Shown here in pieces: positions 56,905 to 64,000 of a DNA stretch of 64,000 nt. Both the position numbers and the translations under genes were made by a program. The notes beneath the pieces were generated by a model, which had not been told where the DNA came from, did not search any database, and saw only the letters and a program-made list of their open reading frames with translations. Source of the DNA: Opitutales bacterium (lineage in GTDB: Bacteria; Verrucomicrobiota; Verrucomicrobiia; Opitutales; UBA2987); NCBI GenBank assembly GCA_965226885.1, contig CBDDEL010000013.1, positions 64,001-128,000 of the forward strand, in the 5' to 3' direction. The number at the start of each line of letters is the position of its first letter. The stretch's first letter is position 1.

Positions 56905-58497
56905 ATGAAACGATTTGTCAAAGGGGACCTGGATGGATTTTTTGCCCTGGGGCTGGACAACATGATTATGTTCCTGCTCATGAGCAACCTGTGCTTGGGG
57001 TTCCTCGGGTTTTCCATCGATTTGTTTTATGGCCGCATATTGCCGGCCATGGCGGTCGGACTGATTATTGGAAATGTGTTTTATGCCCGCCAGGCCCTGC
57101 AATTGGCAAAAAAGGAGAACCGGGACGATGTCTGCGCCATTCCCTACGGCACGAACCTGGTAACCGTCATTGTTTACAGTTTTCTGGTAATGTATCCGGC
57201 CCAGCAAAAGGCACTGGCGGAAGGATTGAACAAGGAGGCTGCCGATGTCATCGCCTGGCACGCCGGGCTCATCGCCTGCCTGGGTTCCGGTTTGATCGAG
57301 TTTTTTGGGGCCTTCGTGGTGGAGCGCATCCGCAAGGTGACCCCGAGGGCGGCCCTTCTGGCTGCCTTGGCCGGAATCGGGATCGCCTTTATCGGGATGG
57401 ATTACGTCTTTCGCACCTACGCCTATCCGTTGATCGGGTTTACCACCCTGGGACTCACTCTGCTTGTTTATTTTGGGAAAGTTAAGTTTAAGCTGGGGCT
57501 GCCGGGAGGGTTTGTGGTTGTCGCCACCGGCACTATTATTGCCTGGGTCATGCATTATACGGGAGGGGCCGACCTGGTACCGGTTGGGTCCCTCGATTTC
57601 AGTCAAATCGGACTTCGCTTACCCATCCCGCCGATTTGGGACATCATAGCGTCGTTCAGTTATCTGGTCGAATACCTGCCCATAATCGTGCCCATGGGTT
57701 TTATCAACCTTGTCCTTTCCTTGCAAAATATTGAATCCGCAGCTGCAGCGGGCGATTCCTTCGAGAGTAAACCAGCCCTCGCCTTCAACGGTTTGGGGAC
57801 CATCGGGGCGGCTCTTTGCGGGGCGCCTTTTCCGACCTCCATTTACATCGGCCATCCCGGGTGGAAGGCGATCGGGGCGCGGGCCGGTTACTCGACCCTC
57901 AACGCCATCGTCTGGTCGGCTGTCTGTTTTTCCGGAACGCTCAGTTTTATCGTCTATTTCATCCCTATCGAGGCGGGTATGGCCATCCTCATCTGGATCG
58001 GGGTGATGATGGGGGCGCAGGCCTTTCAAGCGACCCCCAGGCATCATGCGCCAGCGGTTATCATTGGAATGATACCGGTCCTGGCAGCCTACATGGCTCT
58101 GGGGATAAAGCACGCCTTGTTCGTTGGCGGCGCGATTTCCGGAAAACCACTTTTTAACGCACAAACGACCGATGCCTTCGTCGGCCTGAGGCAATTTTAC
58201 GCCGACGGCGCATTCGCCCTGGAGCAAGGCTGGGTCTATACCTCGATTGTTCTTTCCGCCGCCACCATCTGTATTATCGAAAGAAAATTCCGTCATGCTT
58301 CGTGCTGGTTTTTAATAGGGGCAGTATTGTCCGCCATCGGCTTCATGCACACCTATGAATTCATGCCCACGGATGTGGTCGGGCGCCTCACCCTGTCACT
58401 GCCCAAATGGACGTGGGGCTACCTGGTTCTGGCCGCCATCATGTTCATCGCTCCCTGGATCACGCTGCCCAAAGACGATTCGGAACCGCCGGTGTGA
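56905..58497 (+). CDS. NCS2/AzgA-like nucleobase permease
   Basis: Multi-TM 530 aa; 'DGFFAL.LDN', 'NIESAAAAGD', 'PTSIYIGHPGWK..GAR.GYS'. Confidence 0.78.
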   Translation: MKRFVKGDLDGFFALGLDNMIMFLLMSNLCLGFLGFSIDLFYGRILPAMAVGLIIGNVFYARQALQLAKKENRDDVCAIPYGTNLVTVIVYSFLVMYPAQQKALAEGLNKEAADVIAWHAGLIACLGSGLIEFFGAFVVERIRKVTPRAALLAALAGIGIAFIGMDYVFRTYAYPLIGFTTLGLTLLVYFGKVKFKLGLPGGFVVVATGTIIAWVMHYTGGADLVPVGSLDFSQIGLRLPIPPIWDIIASFSYLVEYLPIIVPMGFINLVLSLQNIESAAAAGDSFESKPALAFNGLGTIGAALCGAPFPTSIYIGHPGWKAIGARAGYSTLNAIVWSAVCFSGTLSFIVYFIPIEAGMAILIWIGVMMGAQAFQATPRHHAPAVIIGMIPVLAAYMALGIKHALFVGGAISGKPLFNAQTTDAFVGLRQFYADGAFALEQGWVYTSIVLSAATICIIERKFRHASCWFLIGAVLSAIGFMHTYEFMPTDVVGRLTLSLPKWTWGYLVLAAIMFIAPWITLPKDDSEPPV

Positions 58498-58524
58498 TTT
58501 TCAAATGCCGGCCTGACCGGCCTG

Positions 58525-59266
58525 CTAATTGTGCGGGATTATCTCGGTGGGATGAATCAGGATCTCCTCAATGGCGGCTTGCCTGGGCAAGTTGAGAACC
58601 AGAGAAACACATTCGGCGATATCCTCGGGCTGCAACATCTGTGAACGGGCCTCGGCCGTCGGCGGATGGGGCCGCTTGTCCAGCAGTGGGGTATTAATAT
58701 CTCCGGGGAAAATGCCGCAGGCGCGGATTCCGTTGCGACGCTCCTCCTTGTTGATAGTTTCGGTGAGACCAGCCAGGCCGAATTTTGATGCTGAATAAGC
58801 GGCGCCGGCTTTTTCCGAAACCCATTTACCGGCAACTGAATTGATGTTGACAATGGTTCCTTCTCGCTGGTTTCGCATGGTCGGCAACACCGCCTGGATA
58901 CAGTTAAAAGCTCCTTCCAGATTGGTTTTCAGGACGAGCTGAAAGTCCTCCAATGTGACCGTTTTCAAAGAGCGTTTGGCAATAGCGTTTGGCAATGTTC
59001 AAGCCGGCCGAGTTGACGAGGGCACCCAGGCCGCCAAATTTTGCCAAGACACCTGCGGCCATGGCGAAAATCGCTTTGGAATCGGTAATATCGCAAGGAC
59101 ATACCCTACAGTCTTCCGGCTGGTTTTGACACAAATCGGCCGTCCCCTGCAATGTATGTTCGCTTCGTCCCACGAGGGCGATTTGCCAGCCTGACCGGGC
59201 AAGCTTGATGGCGATCGGCCGGGCCACACCGCTGCCCGCTCCAGTTATGACTATAGTTTTATTCAT
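58525..59266 (-). pseudogene. SDR oxidoreductase, frameshifted
   Basis: 'TGAGSG', 'NSAG', 'YSASK'. A 13-bp duplication (agcgtttggcaat, 58971-58996) splits it; removal gives LNIAKRSL. Confidence 0.88.
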
Positions 59267-59428
59267 TGCTTATCGATTCATCAGGCAACCGGGATCGGTT
59301 TCAGAATTTTCCACAAAAAACAAATGGTTCAGGCCTGACAATCGAATTTTTCGCCGAAGTTTTTTCAATCTTATCCAAGTCTCCAACCAAAGGCTTGTTT
59401 TTCGATTCCACTGGTCTAAAATCAGGGA

Positions 59429-60780
59429 ATGGCTTTGGAAATAGAAATCCCAACCGGTGAGAGAGCGAAACCGTTTTCGGAAATACCCTTTTTTGAACCT
59501 CAGGGAGGCGCAAATTCCGATTGCAGCGCCGGGTATTTCAAGGGGCCGACCTCCTTTTTCACAGACACTTACCGCCAGATGGGCCCCATTTTTCGCTGCC
59601 GCCTTTATGGGCAGGAAAGGGTAGCCATGGGTGGCGTGGAAGCCAATCGATTCACCTGGGGCGACAAAACGCTGTGGAATTACTATAAATCCAACCGGAT
59701 TTTCCGCGAGCAATTTAGCAGGCGCTACCTCAACCAGCTACAGGGTTCGGAATACACCAAAAAACGCCGCCGGATTAATCAGGGGTTCAAGCCTAGCATG
59801 CTCATGAGCCACTGTGGGAGCATGCCGATGTTATTTTCGAGGAAATTGAAAACCTGGCCGGACGGGAGGTTAATCTGCGGCTGTTCTGCATGAAATTGAT
59901 TATTTGCATGACCAGCCGGGTGCTTCTGCAACAAAGGCTACCGGAGGGAATGGACGAGACAATGGCCATCAGCAACAAAGAGATGCTACGTGCCAGCAGT
60001 CTGGGGAAATGGCGGCGTCTGTGGTACTGGTATCCGCCAAAACGGTACCGGCGAAGGAAAATATTCAAGTATCTCAACCAGGTGATCGATGAGCGGGAGA
60101 AAAATCCGGTGGAGAGGGACGACATCATGTCCTTGATCCTCAAAGCCCATCCCAAGGAGGAGCCGCCCCTGCCGCGTTATGAACTGGTGCACGATTTATC
60201 GCAATTATTCATGGGCGGCTCGACGACCACGGCGGTCCTCATCCTATGGGGCCTTCTGCACACCTACCTGGACAAGGATTGGCTGGAAGAACTGCGCGAG
60301 GAACTCACGCAGTGGGATGCGGGTAGCTTCGCCGGTATGAGCGATTTTCCCAAGCTTCGCGCGACCTGCCTGGAAATCGAGCGATTGAGGCCCTCCGTCC
60401 CCATTTTCCTGCGCATAGCGGCCCGCGATTTCGATTTCGGGGGTTATAATGTGCCGAAAGATACGCCCGTTCTCCATTTGCACACGCTTTGTCATTTTCT
60501 GAAGGAGTTTTACGAGCAACCGCGCAAATTCAACCCGCGTCGCTTTCTCGAAAACCCGCAATTGCCGGAGAGGGACGTGCACGGGACCTATGGCGGGGGC
60601 GAGCACCGCTGCGTGGGCCAGAACCTGGCCAGGATACTGCCCGCCGTGACCCTGGGCGCCCTGGTCTCGCGTTACGACCTGCAATTTACCACCGGCATCC
60701 CCACGATGGCCGAGCGGTTCGATGTGGGGCCGGTCCCGATCGAAGACCCCATCAAAGCCAAATGGGTGCCCAGAAGTTGA
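59429..60780 (+). pseudogene. Cytochrome P450 with a 1-bp frameshift near 59824
   Basis: 'GGSTTT', ExxR 'EIER', 'FNPRRF', heme motif 'YGGGEHRCVG'. The downstream frame extends back as ADVIFEEIENL. Confidence 0.85.
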
Positions 60781-60873
60781 GTTGAGGAGATTTTATGCAA
60801 ATAAAAAGTGCGCGGAAGCCTCTTTGAAACCGTCCGGTGACGGAAAGAAATAGAGTGCCGGGCGGTTGTCTTA

Positions 60874-62004
60874 TACCAAATCTCATTAGGTATGATAATA
60901 AGTTATTTGGCAGAAGCGTTTGCTTGAATGTGCTGCCAGCCTCCGCCAACTAAAGAGAGGACTTTTTCAGTGTCCTCCCACCAGTCTTTGAGATGGGTTG
61001 CGACGACTTCTTCGAGTCGCTCAATGCTCGGCCACAGTTTGTTGGCCGTTTGATCCTGTATCATATCCCAAAGTCTTTCAATCGGGTTGAGTTCAGGACT
61101 ATACGGCGGCAAATTCACGATATGTATGCCCGGGGGGACGTTGGGGTGCTCCGAGTCGTGCGGATGGAAGCCTGCCCCGTCCCATACAACCACATGTTCC
61201 TCCTCAGGATATTGCTTTTTGATCTGTTGGAGGAAAGCCTCCGTCCACTGTAGATTCGTGCTAGGGGTTTGGATGCATACCATCTCGCCGTTGACCACGT
61301 CGAGGGCTCCGTAACAGTAGCTCCACTGGTATCTTGTCTGATATTTTTTGTGCGGCCGAAGCCCTCTTTGCGTCCAGCACCGGCGGTACACCGGAAGCAA
61401 ACCAAAACGGCTTTCATCGGCAAACCACACCCGAACCCGATTGCCTCGGGTGAGGGAAAGCTCCTGGAGGATCTTAAAAAAGTCTCGCTTGAACGCTTCC
61501 GCTTTTGCCGAGTCCCGTTTCTCATGCACGGGGCGAGGGACTCGAAGCACCCCGGCGCATTTTTTTAGCCATCGCCACACCGTCTTGTAGGCGAAGGAGC
61601 GCCCGAAATGTCGCTCCAGCTCTTGCCCCGCCTGAACGGCTGTGTTCCAGCGCGCGACCTTCAAACCATTGAGCAAGAAGGCCTCCACCTCTTTGTCGCA
61701 ACGGCTTTTGATCCCGCCTTTGTAGGCGCGTGTAAGCACCGCCCCGAGCCCTGCAGCACGATATTTGTCAAACCAACGCTGGATCGTCGCTTTGCCTCGG
61801 CCCACGATGGCTCCAATTTCATCAATGCTGTGGTGCGGCTGGAAGCCCATTTTTAATGCCACCAAACGCTCTTTACGCCAGCTGACAGCCTCTTTGTTGA
61901 GCAATTTCTTGATACGTTCACGGTCTTCATCGGTTCCCATATATCTTCTCATTCCGCCTTTATAGCTGTTTTTTAATCTTTATCAATCCTTTTGCGATTT
62001 GGTA
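60874..62004 (-). mobile_element. IS630-family insertion sequence
   Basis: Imperfect inverted ends TACCAAATCTCATTAGG / CCTTTTGCGATTTGGTA, bounded by TA; sits directly after the sufU stop codon. Confidence 0.88.
60903..61952 (-). CDS. IS630 transposase, apparently intact
   Basis: HTH plus DDE motifs 'ADESRF', 'WDGAGFH', 'LPPYSPELNPIE'. Confidence 0.92.
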   Translation of the reverse strand: MRRYMGTDEDRERIKKLLNKEAVSWRKERLVALKMGFQPHHSIDEIGAIVGRGKATIQRWFDKYRAAGLGAVLTRAYKGGIKSRCDKEVEAFLLNGLKVARWNTAVQAGQELERHFGRSFAYKTVWRWLKKCAGVLRVPRPVHEKRDSAKAEAFKRDFFKILQELSLTRGNRVRVWFADESRFGLLPVYRRCWTQRGLRPHKKYQTRYQWSYCYGALDVVNGEMVCIQTPSTNLQWTEAFLQQIKKQYPEEEHVVVWDGAGFHPHDSEHPNVPPGIHIVNLPPYSPELNPIERLWDMIQDQTANKLWPSIERLEEVVATHLKDWWEDTEKVLSLVGGGWQHIQANASAK

Positions 62005-62454
62005 TTATTCCGTGGTGGTTTCCCTTTGCCCCTGCAAGGCCGCTTCGAGGGCATGCCAAGCCAAGGTGGCGCATTTAATACGGGCGGGGAAAAGGCGCAC
62101 CCCGGAGAGAGAAGCGAGGTCTCCGAAATCGAGAAAATCAATCTCCTTCTCCACTTCTTCGGCCAGCATATCCAGAAAGCGTTTGAACTCGGCCTTCGCC
62201 TCGGCCTGGGTTTTGCCTTTGAGATCGACCGTCATGAGCGAAGCCGAGGCTTTGGATATGGCGCAGCCCTGGCCCTGAAAACTGATGTCCTCGATCTTGT
62301 CGCCATCGAGCTTTAAAAACACCTTTATCTCGTCGCCGCAAATGGGGTTGTAGCCATCCGCGGAACAGGTCGGCTCTTCCAGGGCGCGATAATTGCGCGG
62401 TCGCCTGTTGTGGTCCAGGATGATCTCCTGATAAAGATCGAAAAGCTCATTCAT
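62005..62454 (-). CDS. sufU: SUF system NifU-like sulfur-transfer protein
   Basis: 'LYQEIILDH', 'NPICGD', 'GCAISKAS', 'RIKCATL'. Confidence 0.93.
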   Translation of the reverse strand: MNELFDLYQEIILDHNRRPRNYRALEEPTCSADGYNPICGDEIKVFLKLDGDKIEDISFQGQGCAISKASASLMTVDLKGKTQAEAKAEFKRFLDMLAEEVEKEIDFLDFGDLASLSGVRLFPARIKCATLAWHALEAALQGQRETTTE

Positions 62455-63719
62455 CTTTTAAAAAATCGAACTATTTTGCGAAGGGATTCGGCCACTTTAT
62501 CGACTTCCTCCCTGGTGTTGTAAATGCTGAAGGAGGCGCGGGCCGTTCCAGACAGACCGAGGCGGTTCATGAGGGGCTGGGCGCAATGATGCCCGGCCCG
62601 TATAGCGATGCCGTCCTGGTCCAGAAATGTGCTGATGTCGTGAGGATGCACATCGTTCAGGACAAAGGAGAGGACTGCGGCTTTTTGCGGGGCCGTGCCA
62701 ATGATGCGCAGGCCGTCGATGCCGCTGAATTGCTCGGTGGCGTAGTGGAGGATTGCCTGCTCGTAGGCGGCGATTTTATCAAGCCCGATTTCCTCCATGA
62801 AATCGAGGGCCGCCGATAGACCGATGCTCCCGGCGATGTGGGGGGTTCCCGCCTCGAATCGTCCCGGGTATTCGAGGTAGCGGGTTTTCTCGAAGGTAAC
62901 CGATTGAATCATGCCGCCGCCGCCTTGGTAGGGTGGCATTTCGCGCAGCCATTTATCTTTTCCGTAGAGAACGCCGATCCCGGTCGGGGCAAATACTTTG
63001 TGGCCCGAAAACACGAAAAAATCGCAATCGAGGGCCTGTACATCGACTTTCATGTGGGGGGCCGACTGGGCGCCGTCCACCACTACCGGGATGCCTTTTT
63101 GGCGCGCTTCCCGGCACATCTCGGCAATGGGAACCACCGTGCCGATGGCATTGGAAACATGGGACAAGGCCACGATGCGCGTTCGCTCGTTGAGGAATTT
63201 CCGGTGGGCTTCGAGATCGAGCACGCCGCGGTCATCCATGGGGATAACCTTGATGACGGCGCCCACGGCTTCCGCCACCAATTGCCAGGGAACAATGTTG
63301 GAATGGTGCTCGAGGGTGGAAATGAGAATTTCGTCTCCGGAGCGGATGCGCTGCCGCCCGAAGGTTTGCGCCACCAGGTTGATGCCCTCGGTGGTGCCCC
63401 GCACAAAAATGACCTGCCGTTCACTGGGAGCATTGATAAATCTGGCCACCCGGCAGCGCGCTTCCTCATAAGCCTCCGTGGCCTGCTCGCTGAGATAATG
63501 TATGCCCCGATGAATGTTGGCGTTTTGATCCGTGTAATATTCGTTTAAAACATCGATCACCGATTGGGGCTTCTGAGTTGTGGCGGCATTGTCCAGGTAG
63601 ATGAAAGGATTCCCCCGGATACGTTTAGCGAGTATGGGAAACCGAGCCCGCAACTCATTCACATCGAAGCTGGTATCAATCCGATTCCCACCCAGGGCGG
63701 TCTGGCTGCTTTCAGTCAT
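62451..63719 (-). CDS. sufS: Cysteine desulfurase
   Basis: 'YLDNAATTQKP', 'EHHSN', 'DGAQ', 'SGHK', 'RAGHHCAQP'. Confidence 0.95.
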   Translation of the reverse strand: MTESSQTALGGNRIDTSFDVNELRARFPILAKRIRGNPFIYLDNAATTQKPQSVIDVLNEYYTDQNANIHRGIHYLSEQATEAYEEARCRVARFINAPSERQVIFVRGTTEGINLVAQTFGRQRIRSGDEILISTLEHHSNIVPWQLVAEAVGAVIKVIPMDDRGVLDLEAHRKFLNERTRIVALSHVSNAIGTVVPIAEMCREARQKGIPVVVDGAQSAPHMKVDVQALDCDFFVFSGHKVFAPTGIGVLYGKDKWLREMPPYQGGGGMIQSVTFEKTRYLEYPGRFEAGTPHIAGSIGLSAALDFMEEIGLDKIAAYEQAILHYATEQFSGIDGLRIIGTAPQKAAVLSFVLNDVHPHDISTFLDQDGIAIRAGHHCAQPLMNRLGLSGTARASFSIYNTREEVDKVAESLRKIVRFFKR

Positions 63720-64000
63720 TTACTACGACAATTATGAGTTAAAAAATTCAGAAATCAAATTTACCACAGCAAACGGCAGCCGTCACCTTAATTTTTTGCC
63801 CCCTCAACAAGAGGTTCTGGGTCGGGTTTTTGCCTATTGAGTAGTGTGTTATAGTATTGCGTGGAATCCCCAGGTTCAAAAAATATCTTGATCTCACAAA
63901 ATATTAATTATGACTGTTGACCCCTTTATATTCACTACTTGACGACGTCCTGAGTGCTTCGTTCAAAAGTTTTCGCTGTTCCATCTCCGTCTTGAGGAGC

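Noticed and set aside
63840..63939. AGTAGTG...CACTACT inverted pair resembling IS1 ends (possible MITE)
   Set aside because: Only 7 bp match, no TSD, and it lacks the GG terminus of the IS1 copies.
63905..64000. 3' end of a minus-strand gene (for example sufD) at the window edge
   Set aside because: Too short and no recognisable motif.

Overview
Bacterial chromosomal window, about 50-55% GC by eye; protein styles suggest Verrucomicrobiota (Opitutae-like), which is an inference. 1-21.7 kb: the 3' end of a secretin gene, then two tandem, paralogous giant secreted-protein genes (about 2,100 and 4,200 aa when reconstructed). Both have a signal peptide, RCC1 propeller, acidic CARDB-like Ig repeats, a recurring 'WFGQ...W.Y.K...WVD' module and a shared C-terminal 'RITV.D..P...RF.R.K' tail, and both are now broken. 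21.8-40.5 kb: two carbohydrate uptake/catabolism clusters (LarA-family racemase, DHDPS-family aldolase, DegT aminotransferase, ABC transporter, GntR; XRE-cupin, GH88-like hydrolase, isomerase, Gfo/Idh/MocA, SDR), each hit by a near-identical 802-bp IS1-family copy. 40.5-64 kb: mixed genes, including a possible serine palmitoyltransferase, a purine cluster (SDR, adenine deaminase, TonB receptor, NCS2-like permease), a P450 pseudogene, IS630 and sufS-sufU. The most striking window-wide signal is ongoing gene decay: 4 IS elements, 9 pseudogenes and about 12 perfect short tandem duplications (2-27 bp). Most duplications lack junction microhomology and one is nested in another. No rRNA, tRNA or CRISPR array was recognised.
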